From NCBI GenBank assembly GCA_910576925.1, contig CAJTKB010000001.1, positions 41,803-105,802 of the forward strand: 64,000 bases of DNA, given 5' to 3'. Made by a program: the position numbers and the translations under genes. Positions 11,501-21,042 of this stretch are shown here, one piece after another. The DNA is from an uncultured Bacilli bacterium (GTDB lineage Bacteria > Bacillota_I > Bacilli_A > RF39 > UBA660). Numbering within the stretch: the first letter of the stretch is position 1; each line of letters starts with the position of its first letter. The notes beneath the pieces are model-generated. The model saw only the letters and a program-made list of their open reading frames with translations. It searched no databases and had not been told where the DNA came from.

Positions 11501-12493
11501 TTTTATATTGAATTTGGTGATATTAGAATTTTCTAAATCAGTTTTATTATTAGTATAAAGTTTTACAAAAATTTTCAAGGCATTAGCATAAGATCCTGAA
11601 GGAGCACCACCCGTTATAAAATAACGTAGTGCTTCTTTATCAGTTATTAACCATTCGATAGCTTCTTTATATTCATCACTATAATTAGTATAGGCTTGTA
11701 ATACATCATAGCCAATAGAACTTATAAGTTTTCTTTGTAGTAGGGTTAGTTCTTCATCTTTTAAAATGTTATCAATATTTTCTTTTTTTAGTTTTGCATC
11801 ATATTCTGCTACTGGTTTTATAATGTCTGTTGTAGTAATATTTTCAACATAATTTTCTTTTATCAGTTTTGCATTTGCAAAAACAGAGTGATCTGACCAA
11901 TTGTTTCTTCCAGATTCTGTTACTAATTTTAAGTAATTAATGTTTTTTATATCTATTTTTATTTCTTTAGAATCCATTGATGAAGTATAAAATTTATTAT
12001 CATTTAAAACTTCAGTCCAATTATTACCGTCAATAGAAGTATATATTTTGAAACGAACTCCATCTCCTTCATTGGCTGCTCTATTTGCTATATCTAATCC
12101 AATATAGGCTGTAAAATAATCATAATCTTGACTACTTATATCATAAACTGCTTCTCCTGCTGAATGTAAAAATAGTCCTTTTAAAAATATAGTATCCTTA
12201 CCATTTATAGATACTGTAATTAGATTATTAGAAACGTTTTGATCAATTCTAAGGTATGGACTAGAAGTTAGTTCCTTATTGTATTCAAGATCTGTTAAAT
12301 AAACAAAATCTTTATTTTCTTTACTACTATGTCCTGTAAAGTATGTAGATGAGCTTTTATCTGTAGATAGTATTTTATTTAGTGGTTCTTGTTTAGTTAA
12401 AAATACAGATAGTATCATAATAAATATTGTTAATGTAGTAATTATTTTGAATTCTGGTTTTATTTTTTTATATCTATTATTATAATTTTTCAT
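8561..12493 (-). CDS. Large membrane-anchored surface protein with F5/8 type C (discoidin) domains and a transglutaminase-like Cys-His core
   Basis: 1310 aa. N-terminal signal/TM anchor and C-terminal TM. Discoidin-like segments (NAIDGNYYTNWHSAWNG...; GLFLHSAGEAVYDIS...). GGVCGATSKLGSNFNAVFGYPTAVIGQPGHAAYLEY resembles the transglutaminase/cysteine-protease core. N/Q/P-rich low-complexity linker. Confidence 0.75.
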   Translation of the reverse strand: MKNYNNRYKKIKPEFKIITTLTIFIMILSVFLTKQEPLNKILSTDKSSSTYFTGHSSKENKDFVYLTDLEYNKELTSSPYLRIDQNVSNNLITVSINGKDTIFLKGLFLHSAGEAVYDISSQDYDYFTAYIGLDIANRAANEGDGVRFKIYTSIDGNNWTEVLNDNKFYTSSMDSKEIKIDIKNINYLKLVTESGRNNWSDHSVFANAKLIKENYVENITTTDIIKPVAEYDAKLKKENIDNILKDEELTLLQRKLISSIGYDVLQAYTNYSDEYKEAIEWLITDKEALRYFITGGAPSGSYANALKIFVKLYTNNKTDLENSNITKFNIKLSDLYKRMMITLSLTHSANVCAWYDRGQCSDANTRYEIYKKLQKEEKLENKIFETLTVEEMRWVMNNQIADEEIEWLNDWARQFPVESGNRKGPYNREPYRYIAYTNGYNYGREQYYSEENYEKWNQKYFLKKYNLTYQKGHPKLWIVFEEGGVCGATSKLGSNFNAVFGYPTAVIGQPGHAAYLEYWQAANGDGYWGIQNNISGWTQSEKGERLLNAWGSYKWDSYYQVSYVPYGQYAQNHVEEYNKAVEMLLLLDIYPNNTTKQEEIYRKALEYEEINMDAWYGLIQLYKNKGNTTDKEYYNLAKDLMNSLKNFPLPMMDLLNLFKQEITEPEYQVKYTLLEKNILEEATTATDTSVGQIGLSNVTKTMAKFLLGKNDYSIATFSFDGEDAGKIVLSDKFEGTQVHYEYSLDGKHTWKQTLDHKVKLTPDELSQINASDDIAIHLVGAAADDIFVIDIRTQDVPENIYNNDLENKVIGINDTMEWRIGKNDEWTSFNEKEPDLTGDKTIYVRSGKHGVFLASEEKTLRFSKDNINEKRKYVPISHLSIHSVSTEATNQGRYAKNAIDGNYYTNWHSAWNGTDTERYISIKLDKPIYLSAVEYVPGGGGNGKILDGTLYGSVDGENWTLLNKVTNWAANENIKSFELEESKKVHYIKIVADRASNGNWMVARMFNIFEDTTKVEELTADIEYSTISPTENNVIAKLINANRKITITNNDGKDTYIFTENGEFTFEFEDENGIKGQTTAKVNWINKKQPSDNNETNNNPPTNNNQSNNKKPNKPQIEQNKGNNNTISQDNEPNKVDVKQTYYSKNIKISILESNITEKFSLIKNELRLNQNLIEKYGNNSEYFELYLLDTKNTRVKLNEGKIKMIITIDSLKKFLGIYRVNNDGNTQKLIYKRINNNQIELDIDNLDKYIIEYEEENDDYIKKTVNDNKNETQKIIKSDNSILWYIIGIPLFITIIGVSYIFYKSIKEN

Positions 12494-12831
12494 AAATATG
12501 CCCCTTCTATATTTTATTTATTCTCAGTTTAATTATAGCATTAGATGAGATTGACATAAATATCTAAAACTGTTAATTTAACACTTTTTTACATACAAAA
12601 ATATGTAAATTTAGAATTTAGTTATAATCAACTTTACATTATACAAAATAATTTATTCTATATTTAACTTATTTTATACTAAATACGCTTTTAGTATCAT
12701 TTGTTATTTTTCATAATAATAAACAGAAAAAGTATTACATATACTTATATATACAATATTTATATATGTAAATATGATAAATATTGTGAAATTTATGTGA
12801 AATATTATGTTGTTTATGTTATAATAATTTT

Positions 12832-13302
12832 GTGAGGAGGAATATTATGAAGAAATTTTTAGCGGTAGTAATGTGTGTAGGAGTTTTATTTTTAACTGGT
12901 TGTGGTGCTGAGGAAGAAAAAACACTTAAATGTACACGTACTCTTAATCAATCTGGTATTAAGATGGACTTATCTTATAACGTAAGCTATAAAGGTGATT
13001 ATGTAACTAAAGTTAAAAGTGTAGAAAAAATTATATCAAATGATAGTGCAACTCTTGAAGCTTATAAAGAACAACTTAAGAAAACAACAGAGTCTGTTAG
13101 TAAAATTGAGTATTATGATCACGATGTAAAAATTGATGGTGATACTTTAACTAGTACAATTACTATTGATTATACAAAAATAGATACTGATAAATTAATT
13201 GAAACTGATTCATCTTTAAAACAATTAATTAAAAAAGGAAAAGTATCTGTTAAAGACATTAAGACTTTATATAATGGACTTGGTGTTACTTGTGAAGATT
13301 AA
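12832..13302 (+). CDS. Lipoprotein (YehR/DUF1307-like)
   Basis: MKKFLAVVMCVGVLFLTGC lipobox. 156 aa. Confidence 0.65.
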   Translation: MRRNIMKKFLAVVMCVGVLFLTGCGAEEEKTLKCTRTLNQSGIKMDLSYNVSYKGDYVTKVKSVEKIISNDSATLEAYKEQLKKTTESVSKIEYYDHDVKIDGDTLTSTITIDYTKIDTDKLIETDSSLKQLIKKGKVSVKDIKTLYNGLGVTCED

Positions 13303-13331
13303 AAAAACCTATCTACTGTTAGGTTTTTTTA
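13303..13331. terminator. Bidirectional rho-independent terminator
   Basis: AAAAAACCTA-loop-TAGGTTTTTTT between convergent genes. Confidence 0.5.
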
Positions 13332-13348
13332 TTTGTTTAAATTATATT

Positions 13349-14104
13349 TTATTGTATCTTAATTCCTCCATCTATTCTTATTGTTTGGCCATCAATATAC
13401 CTAGCCTTATCAGATGCTAAGAATAGTACTAGTTCTGCTATTTCTTCTGGTTCTGCAAAACGTTTTAGAAGAATTTTTTCTTTTTCTTCCTTTAAATATT
13501 TTTTCGATAATTCACTATTCATTTCTGTTTCTACCCATCCTGGTGCTACAGCATTTACATTTATATAAGGACTAAATTCAATTGCTAAATTCTTAGTTAA
13601 ATTTATTAATCCAGCTTTGGAAGCATCATAGTCAATACTATAAGGATATATTGTATCAATTCCGTTAGTTGATGATATGTTTATTATTTTTCCATATTTA
13701 GCTTCTTTCATATATTTACCAGCGTATTTAGAAACTAAAAATACTCCTATTAAATTTGTATTTAAAGTATCTTGCCAATCTTTTATTTTTTTATCATCAA
13801 AATTAGTATCTATAGCAATACCAGCATTATTTACTAATATATCTATTTTGCCATATTTACTTATAATTGTTTCTATCATATTTTTTACATCATTTTCATT
13901 AGAAACATCTGCTTTTATACAAATACATTTGTGATTATAACTTGATATTATTTCTGTTATTGTCTCTGCTTCTCTAGTATTATTTTTATAATTAATTATT
14001 ACTTGGGCACCTTTCTTGGCAAATTGAACTGCTATACTTCTACCTATTCCTCTAGATGAACCTGTAACTAATACTACTTTATTTAAGAAATCCATTAAAA
14101 TCAT
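13349..14104 (-). CDS. SDR family oxidoreductase (FabG-like 3-oxoacyl-ACP reductase)
   Basis: VVLVTGSSRGIGRSIA Rossmann motif, NNAGI, YDASKAG catalytic YxxxK. Confidence 0.85.
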   Translation of the reverse strand: MILMDFLNKVVLVTGSSRGIGRSIAVQFAKKGAQVIINYKNNTREAETITEIISSYNHKCICIKADVSNENDVKNMIETIISKYGKIDILVNNAGIAIDTNFDDKKIKDWQDTLNTNLIGVFLVSKYAGKYMKEAKYGKIINISSTNGIDTIYPYSIDYDASKAGLINLTKNLAIEFSPYINVNAVAPGWVETEMNSELSKKYLKEEKEKILLKRFAEPEEIAELVLFLASDKARYIDGQTIRIDGGIKIQ

Positions 14105-15035
14105 CCTCCGAATTTATTTTATAACCGTATTCATTCATTATATATGTAAAGATTTTATTATATTCTTCTAATGTATTTTTGTTACAATCTACATAACCAA
14201 GAGAAAATTCATCTTTGTATGTATCTATGTAAACACAATTCTCATAAATAATAATCCCATCAAGTACTTTTTCCATTAGTTCTTTTTCTTTAGATTGGAA
14301 ATTTTCTTTATCTATTAAGTAAATATTATATGTAGGTGAAATATTTGCTAGCAGTAACTTAAAGAACAAATTATTTTTTAATCTCTTAAATTCTTCTTTT
14401 GTACATATAAATAAATCAATATTCTTGGAACTTTTTATATTCATTATTTTTTCTGTCAAATAATTAATTTCTTTTGAGGAATCATTATATACAACTGCTT
14501 CATTATAGAAGCTTATTTCTTTTCTAATAAATTCTTTAGGTAGACTATTATTCATTTTTGATAACCAGGCATATGTTTCTGTAATTGAATCAAATTTAAA
14601 TGTCCAATCATTTGGAATACTTTTTATTTCTGTGATGTCATATATAATATTTTTATAATTGTTTTTATTTTCTAATAATTCATCTATTATATTTAGAAAT
14701 GTGTTATATAGGCCTTTCTTAAATAAATATTCTTGTTGCACAAAGGTGTATTCTGTTTTATCAGTTAGTAATTTAGTAATAATATAATTTATATTAGGAT
14801 AGTCTATTATTTTCTTTTTATCACTTATATATATTATGTTTACATTATTTATTATTCGTAAATTATCCAAGTTTCTTTTATCGTCATCAATATAAATGAT
14901 TGTAGTGATTTTTTTATCTATTCTCTCTATGCTATTAGATATTTCATATTTTAGTTTTTCATTGTTTAGATAGTATTCTATTGAACTTAATAGATTGCTA
15001 TTTTTACTTGTTACTATTAAAATATTTTGTTCCAT
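14079..15035 (-). CDS. Hypothetical protein
   Basis: 318-aa ORF overlapping the SDR gene start by 26 bp. No recognisable domain. Confidence 0.45.
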   Translation of the reverse strand: MEQNILIVTSKNSNLLSSIEYYLNNEKLKYEISNSIERIDKKITTIIYIDDDKRNLDNLRIINNVNIIYISDKKKIIDYPNINYIITKLLTDKTEYTFVQQEYLFKKGLYNTFLNIIDELLENKNNYKNIIYDITEIKSIPNDWTFKFDSITETYAWLSKMNNSLPKEFIRKEISFYNEAVVYNDSSKEINYLTEKIMNIKSSKNIDLFICTKEEFKRLKNNLFFKLLLANISPTYNIYLIDKENFQSKEKELMEKVLDGIIIYENCVYIDTYKDEFSLGYVDCNKNTLEEYNKIFTYIMNEYGYKINSEDDFNGFLK

Positions 15036-15266
15036 ATTTTATTTCCTTTCATTTACTATATTTTATCATAAATATTTATTTTTAATTATTTTATTGTTAA
15101 CTTTCCCTTATTCTTTAAATAAAAATGTTAGTATTTGATATTATAATTCTTTTCACTATACTTATTAACATAAAAATTAATAATTTTTAGTGGGATTAAT
15201 TTTGTTTCGCTATAATTTTATAATATATATGGATAAGTTTAAATTTAACAAGTTTTATTGTAAAAC

Positions 15267-15545
15267 TTGGAGGTGAAGTATATGGAAGCTATGGAGTTAG
15301 TTGGGTTAAATACTAAATGGCATAGATATCAAAAAGGACTTACACAGGAACAATATGCTGCTAAGACTAATTTTAAGATTGCTTATATTAGTAATATTGA
15401 AACTGGTGAAGCTAATCTTACTTGTAAAAATATCGATGCTATAGCCAAATCTTTTGGTATTAAGACTAAACAGTTATTTGACGAAGAAACTGCTTTGGAA
15501 GCAAAAAATTTACCAACTAGAGTTGATAAATATATAAAGAAATAA
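15267..15545 (+). CDS. XRE-family HTH transcriptional regulator
   Basis: LTQEQYAAKTNFKIAYISNIETGEANLTCKNIDAIAKSFG is a typical HTH_3 motif. Confidence 0.75.
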   Translation: MEVKYMEAMELVGLNTKWHRYQKGLTQEQYAAKTNFKIAYISNIETGEANLTCKNIDAIAKSFGIKTKQLFDEETALEAKNLPTRVDKYIKK

Positions 15546-15551
15546 TTATAT

Positions 15552-16070
15552 TTAATTTTTTTCTATTTGAAAGGGGATAATACTTTTTATTGTATATCCT
15601 TTTTTTTGTACTTCATAGTAAATACTATCTAAAATATATTTACTTTTCTTTTTATCAATTTCTTCTTTATATAATGGCTCAATATGTTTATTAATTGTAT
15701 TAAAGAAATCAATGTTACTATTTTCTGTTAATTCTTTGACTATACTTTTTATTGTATTAGTAATATTCTTATTATTTGTATCATTCGCTAAAGACTCCAT
15801 TATTATTTCATTGAATTTTTCTTCATCTACTAAGGCCCATTTATTATTAGGACATATATATAAATTACTAGGTATTAGTTTTATTATGTTTATATAATAG
15901 TCTTCTAGCATATATATATATTTAGAATTAATTCGCTCTTTAACTAATTCATTAAAACTTTTATTTACTTCTATATTATTCTCATATAATTCTATTATTT
16001 CTTTCATTATCTTTTTACAATCATTATTTATTATACTTTTTATTTCCTCATCATATTCAAATTTTTCCAT
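15552..16070 (-). CDS. Hypothetical protein
   Basis: 172-aa ORF, no motif. Confidence 0.4.
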   Translation of the reverse strand: MEKFEYDEEIKSIINNDCKKIMKEIIELYENNIEVNKSFNELVKERINSKYIYMLEDYYINIIKLIPSNLYICPNNKWALVDEEKFNEIIMESLANDTNNKNITNTIKSIVKELTENSNIDFFNTINKHIEPLYKEEIDKKKSKYILDSIYYEVQKKGYTIKSIIPFQIEKN

Positions 16071-16351
16071 ATAATATCACTCTCCTAATATTAAAATATA
16101 AATTGTTAAAATACGAATTAAGTAATATATATTATAACACTTATATGTATAATGTATTTATTTTTTTATTAAAATTTTCTTTTTTTTATTAAAATTCTTG
16201 TTTAATTTTTATTTAAGTTATTATTTTATAATCATTGTGAAATTAAAATAATAATACTATTATATATATTGGATATCATATTATTTTTTTATATTAAGAG
16301 TATTTATTTGATATTATATCTAGAAGTAACTTTAGGGCACTAGAATATAGC

Positions 16352-16381
16352 AAAAAAGGATATAAATAGTTAATTATTTAT
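16352..16381 (-). terminator. Terminator downstream of the ftsEX-M23 operon
   Basis: GGATATAAATA-loop-TATTTATATCC perfect stem, followed on the minus strand by TTTTTT. Confidence 0.45.
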
Positions 16382-16401
16382 ATCCTAAAATAAGTTTGTA
16401 G

Positions 16402-17616
16402 CTATCTGTTATTCCAATTACTAGGTAAATTAATTAGACTCTTTGGGTTTATTGTTCTATACACATAGTCACCATAATAATCTGGGCAACCACCTTTCTT
16501 ATGCCAACTACATGATGTTATTTCTAGATGAAGGTGTGGTCCAAAAGAGTAACCTGTATTTCCCATATTTCCTATAGAAGTATTATGATCTATATATGGA
16601 CCGTTAGAAATACTACTACTACTTCCTTTTTTGTAATCAACATAGTTAGACACAATACTACTAAACCTTGATAGATGAGCATAAGTTGAATATGTATAAC
16701 GTCCACCTACATTATGTCTTAATACTACTATTAAAGCTCCTGCATTATCATATCCAGCGAAAAACAATTGTCCATCAGCTATTGGATATATTGGAATAGT
16801 TTTATTGCTGCTTCCTATATCAACTCCTAAGTGTACTGGATACCCTTTGTATCCTTGTGTTATGTATCCATATTCTATAGGCCTATAATAACCGTTTGCA
16901 CTAGGCAAAGAAGAGCCTCCCTCAACTCTATATTGACACTTTAATATATCTTCATTTTCTCCACATCCTAGTCCCTTGTAGTATGTTAAATTACTTTTAG
17001 CTGATTTTATTTGTTCTTCTATTTTAGGCACACCTACTTTTAAACTAGCTGTATCTGCTTCTATTCTTTCCTTTTCGCTTTGTAGATTACTTTTTAATTT
17101 AGATAACTCATTTTTTTTGACTGATAGACTTTCTTTCTTTTTATTATTTTCCATTATTAGATTTTTTAATTCTTCCATTATTTGTTTATTATATTCTGTT
17201 AATTGTTCTACTATTGACATTCTATATATCATATCTGTAATAGTTGTTGCTCCAAAGGCATATTCTAAATAAGCATTTCCACCATTTTCTATTTGATAGT
17301 AGGCCATTATTTGTTTACTTTCTTCATTTTTTTCTGCTATCTTTTTATTACTTTCTTCTATTTCTTTTTGTAAAATTGCTATTTCATCTTCTGTTTGTTT
17401 TATTTGTCCTTCCAAGGATTTTATATTTTTCTTAATTTCTGCAACTTCTGTTTCGTTTTTTGCTATCTTATTTTGTTTTTCTTGTAATTCCTTAGTATAT
17501 TTTTCTACTTCCTGTTCAAATTCTTTTATTGTTTTAGCATATATGTTAAGTGGAGAAATAGTTAATGTTATAACTATTACTAATAATACTATTTTAGCTT
17601 TTTTTATTTTTTTCAT
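16402..17616 (-). CDS. M23 family peptidoglycan hydrolase with coiled-coil N-terminus (PcsB/EnvC-like)
   Basis: Signal peptide, long coiled coil, C-terminal M23 motifs (HLGVDIG..., GNTGYSFGPHLHLEI). Immediately downstream of ftsEX. Confidence 0.8.
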   Translation of the reverse strand: MKKIKKAKIVLLVIVITLTISPLNIYAKTIKEFEQEVEKYTKELQEKQNKIAKNETEVAEIKKNIKSLEGQIKQTEDEIAILQKEIEESNKKIAEKNEESKQIMAYYQIENGGNAYLEYAFGATTITDMIYRMSIVEQLTEYNKQIMEELKNLIMENNKKKESLSVKKNELSKLKSNLQSEKERIEADTASLKVGVPKIEEQIKSAKSNLTYYKGLGCGENEDILKCQYRVEGGSSLPSANGYYRPIEYGYITQGYKGYPVHLGVDIGSSNKTIPIYPIADGQLFFAGYDNAGALIVVLRHNVGGRYTYSTYAHLSRFSSIVSNYVDYKKGSSSSISNGPYIDHNTSIGNMGNTGYSFGPHLHLEITSCSWHKKGGCPDYYGDYVYRTINPKSLINLPSNWNNR

Positions 17617-17626
17617 TTTTCAACTC

Positions 17627-18538
17627 CTATACTTTTAGGTATTTTCTAACAGCAGAAGATGAACCAATCATACCTACTATAATACCGATAATTATAGTTA
17701 TTCCTACTATTGTGTATATAAATGGTGTTGGGGTAATTAGTGTTACTAGCGGAGTAAAAACATACCCATTCATAGCTTCATATAAATAAGGATAGCCAAA
17801 TATTACAACGAGCACAGGTAAGATTGATCCTAATAATCCTAATATTATTCCTTCTATTATAAATGGTATTTTTATTGTGAAGTTACTCGCTCCTACTAAT
17901 CTCATAATACTAATTTCTCTTTTTCTTGAGTATATTGTTAGTTTGATTGTATTTATTATTAAAAATATAGTTACTAGTATTAGTGCAATAACAGCACCAT
18001 ATGTTACTTTTTGAATAGAACTAAATGCTGATATTAACTTATCAACCATACCTTCTCCATATCTTACAACTGATACTTTATCTATTTTTTCAATTTTCTT
18101 TGCTGTATCTTTTATTTTTGCTACATCTTTTACCTTTATTTGGAAAGTATCTTTTAAGGGATTTGCTTCATCATTCCATTCTTCCATTACTGAGTTAAAA
18201 ATATCTGATTCTTTTTGCATCTCTTTTTTTACATCAGCTTTACTTTTATACACAGTCTCTTTTTGAATTATATTTTCTATTCTTTGAAGTTCTAATTTTA
18301 TGTTTTGAATCTCTTCTTCTGTTGCTCCACTATCTGCAAATACTACTATGGTCAAATCTTTTTCTATTTCTTGAGTAAAATTAGTAACATTATAAGATAA
18401 TATTATTGATATCGCTACTATAATTAAGGTTATTGTAATACAAGAAATAGATGCTAAGGATAAACTGAAATTACGGAAGACACTTTTTAGCGCATCTCTG
18501 ATACCCCTTCCTATCATTCTAAGTATTTTCATTATCAT
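17627..18538 (-). CDS. ftsX: Cell division permease-like protein FtsX
   Basis: Four-TM FtsX topology with a large extracellular loop. Follows ftsE. Confidence 0.85.
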   Translation of the reverse strand: MIMKILRMIGRGIRDALKSVFRNFSLSLASISCITITLIIVAISIILSYNVTNFTQEIEKDLTIVVFADSGATEEEIQNIKLELQRIENIIQKETVYKSKADVKKEMQKESDIFNSVMEEWNDEANPLKDTFQIKVKDVAKIKDTAKKIEKIDKVSVVRYGEGMVDKLISAFSSIQKVTYGAVIALILVTIFLIINTIKLTIYSRKREISIMRLVGASNFTIKIPFIIEGIILGLLGSILPVLVVIFGYPYLYEAMNGYVFTPLVTLITPTPFIYTIVGITIIIGIIVGMIGSSSAVRKYLKV

Positions 18539-19238
18539 ATGTTCCTTTCGCTTTATTATTTACAAGACGTCCTTCTTTTAAAGTGATTACTTGTTTTTTT
18601 AATTTATTTACTATTTCTTTATCATGCGTTACTACCAAAACAGTTGTTCCCCATTCTTCATTTATTTTTTCTATTATTTTCATAACTTCCATACTCATTT
18701 CTGGATCTAGGTTTCCTGTTGGTTCATCACATATAAGCATCTTAGGGTTATTAACGATAGCTCTTGCTATTGCAACACGTTGTTGTTCTCCTCCTGATAA
18801 TTGATTTGGATAATTATGTATTTTACTCTTTAAACCAACTATTTCTAAGGACTTCAAAACCTTTACTCTTATTTCTTGTTTTTTAGCTCCTATTACTTCC
18901 ATTGCAAAAGCTACATTTTCATACACTGTAAGTTTTGGTAAAAGGCGGTAGTCTTGAAAAACAATTCCCAGTTTTCTTCTTAATTTATATACTTTACTAT
19001 TTCTTAGTTTGGCAACATTTATTCCACCTACTATTATTTGACCTGATGTTGGTTTTTCTTCTCGATATAGTAGTTTCATTAAAGTACTTTTACCGCTTCC
19101 TGAACCTCCAATTATGAAGACGAATGACCCTTTTTCTATATTTAAATTCAAATCGTACAATGCTGTTGTACCATTTTTGTATTGTTTTTTGACATTTTTG
19201 AGTCTTATTATATCCACTTCTATCATCCACCTTAACAT
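18519..19238 (-). CDS. ftsE: Cell division ATP-binding protein FtsE
   Basis: GGSGSGKST Walker A, LSGGEQQRVAIARA ABC signature. Confidence 0.9.
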   Translation of the reverse strand: MLRWMIEVDIIRLKNVKKQYKNGTTALYDLNLNIEKGSFVFIIGGSGSGKSTLMKLLYREEKPTSGQIIVGGINVAKLRNSKVYKLRRKLGIVFQDYRLLPKLTVYENVAFAMEVIGAKKQEIRVKVLKSLEIVGLKSKIHNYPNQLSGGEQQRVAIARAIVNNPKMLICDEPTGNLDPEMSMEVMKIIEKINEEWGTTVLVVTHDKEIVNKLKKQVITLKEGRLVNNKAKGTYDNENT

Positions 19239-19297
19239 AATTAGTATAGCATATATTTAGGCATAAAAAAAGACAATTATCGTCAAAATTATTGCCT

Positions 19298-20170
19298 TTA
19301 TTTGCCACCTTTCACTTCATAGGCATTGTTTACTAAATAAAATACTTGTGGGTCTAATAATTTTATACTTTCTGTTATTTCAAAGTATTCGCTTGTTGGA
19401 ATAACCGTTAAAATCATTTGACGTTTTTGATTTAAAAATCCTCCTTTAACATTAAATATTGTTGCTGAGTGTTTCATATCATTAAATAGAAAATCTTTAA
19501 TGGTTTGCTCTTTCGATGTAAATATGTATATAGCTTTGCTTTTAGAACTTCCTAATATTATCTTATCTACGATAAGGCTGTTTATATATAATATTATTAT
19601 GGCATACATTATCATATTAGTTCCAAAGAAGTAACTTCCTATTAATATTATAATAACATTTATTATAAAGTTTGTTTTTCCTATTGGAATACCATATTCT
19701 TCAAAGAGTATTTGACTAATTATTGGAAGTCCTCCATTTGAAAAGCCTGTTTTATAAATCATTCCATTAGCAAGTCCTCCAATAACACCTATAAATATTG
19801 ATATGACTAATAAGTCTGTTAGATCTATATAAATATATTTAGTTAAGTAACTAGTTAACTCTACTAATATCGGATAGGCGAAAGTTGCTATTAATGTTCC
19901 TAGAGTACGTTTTTTGCCTAGATAAATATAGCTTAATACCAACATAATTAGAGAAACAACAAAGATTGTTATTGACGGATTAATACCATTTAAGTATTTA
20001 TTTATAACAGCAAGTCCATTTACTCCACCTGTTACTATTTTAGTTGGTTGGAGTAATAGATTATATAAGAGCGCTGATACAAATAATGCTATTAACATTA
20101 TTATATATCTTGATAAAAGTGTCTGATTTGACTTTTGTATTACTTTTTCTTTAATTGTTTTATCTTCCAT
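19298..20170 (-). CDS. YitT family membrane protein (DUF161/DUF2179)
   Basis: TGGVNGLAVI motif and C-terminal DUF2179-like region. Paralog of the next gene. Confidence 0.7.
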   Translation of the reverse strand: MEDKTIKEKVIQKSNQTLLSRYIIMLIALFVSALLYNLLLQPTKIVTGGVNGLAVINKYLNGINPSITIFVVSLIMLVLSYIYLGKKRTLGTLIATFAYPILVELTSYLTKYIYIDLTDLLVISIFIGVIGGLANGMIYKTGFSNGGLPIISQILFEEYGIPIGKTNFIINVIIILIGSYFFGTNMIMYAIIILYINSLIVDKIILGSSKSKAIYIFTSKEQTIKDFLFNDMKHSATIFNVKGGFLNQKRQMILTVIPTSEYFEITESIKLLDPQVFYLVNNAYEVKGGK

Positions 20171-21042
20171 TAAGCACCTCCAACCACTTCATAGGCATCG
20201 GTTACAACGAAAAATGCATTTTTATCTATTTCATTTATTCCTTCTTTTAGACGGTAATATTCTTTAGTTGGTAAAACACACATTAGAACAGTTTCTTTTT
20301 TGCTTTTAAATCCTCCTTCTGCACTTAATACTGTTACACTATGATGTAATTCATCAATGATATAATCTCTAATTTGTTGCTCCTTTTTAGTTATGATATA
20401 GAAAGCTTTAGAATCCGATATTCCTAATATTACTCGATCTGTTATATAACTTAATATATATAGTAGGACAATCGCATACATTATTTTATTAAGGCCAAAT
20501 ACCAACCCACTTAGAATTATTATTAGACCATCACTGAAATACATAGCATTTCCAATACTTATTTTACAGTATTTTGAGATTATTTGATTAACAATATCAG
20601 TTCCGCCTGTTGAAAATCCCGCCTTAAATACTAGTCCTGAACCAAATCCTTGAATTACTCCTGCAAAAATAGCTGATAGGAGTAGTACTGAAGTATCTAG
20701 GTTTAAGACATCATTTATATTTTGAGTCAGTTTTATGAAAAGGGGAAAAAGAAGACTTCCTAAAGCTGAATGTATTGTTTTTTCTTTTCCTAAAGCAAAA
20801 TAACTAATTATTAAAAGAAGAACATCTATTACTGCGACAAATAATGATTGATCTATATTAAATAGATAATTGATTATTATAGAAGTTCCACTTACTCCTC
20901 CAGCTACTAGTTCATTTGGTGAACAAAATAAGTTAAAGGAAATAGCTGATAAAAGTACTCCTATTATTAGTTGTAAGTATCTTTTGAATTTTCCCTTTTG
21001 ATATATGTCATGTAATATATTTTCTTTATTTTTTTCTATCAT
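20170..21042 (-). CDS. YitT family membrane protein (paralog)
   Basis: AGGVSGTSII. Same architecture as 19298..20170. Start overlaps the stop of the upstream gene. Confidence 0.7.
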   Translation of the reverse strand: MIEKNKENILHDIYQKGKFKRYLQLIIGVLLSAISFNLFCSPNELVAGGVSGTSIIINYLFNIDQSLFVAVIDVLLLIISYFALGKEKTIHSALGSLLFPLFIKLTQNINDVLNLDTSVLLLSAIFAGVIQGFGSGLVFKAGFSTGGTDIVNQIISKYCKISIGNAMYFSDGLIIILSGLVFGLNKIMYAIVLLYILSYITDRVILGISDSKAFYIITKKEQQIRDYIIDELHHSVTVLSAEGGFKSKKETVLMCVLPTKEYYRLKEGINEIDKNAFFVVTDAYEVVGGA

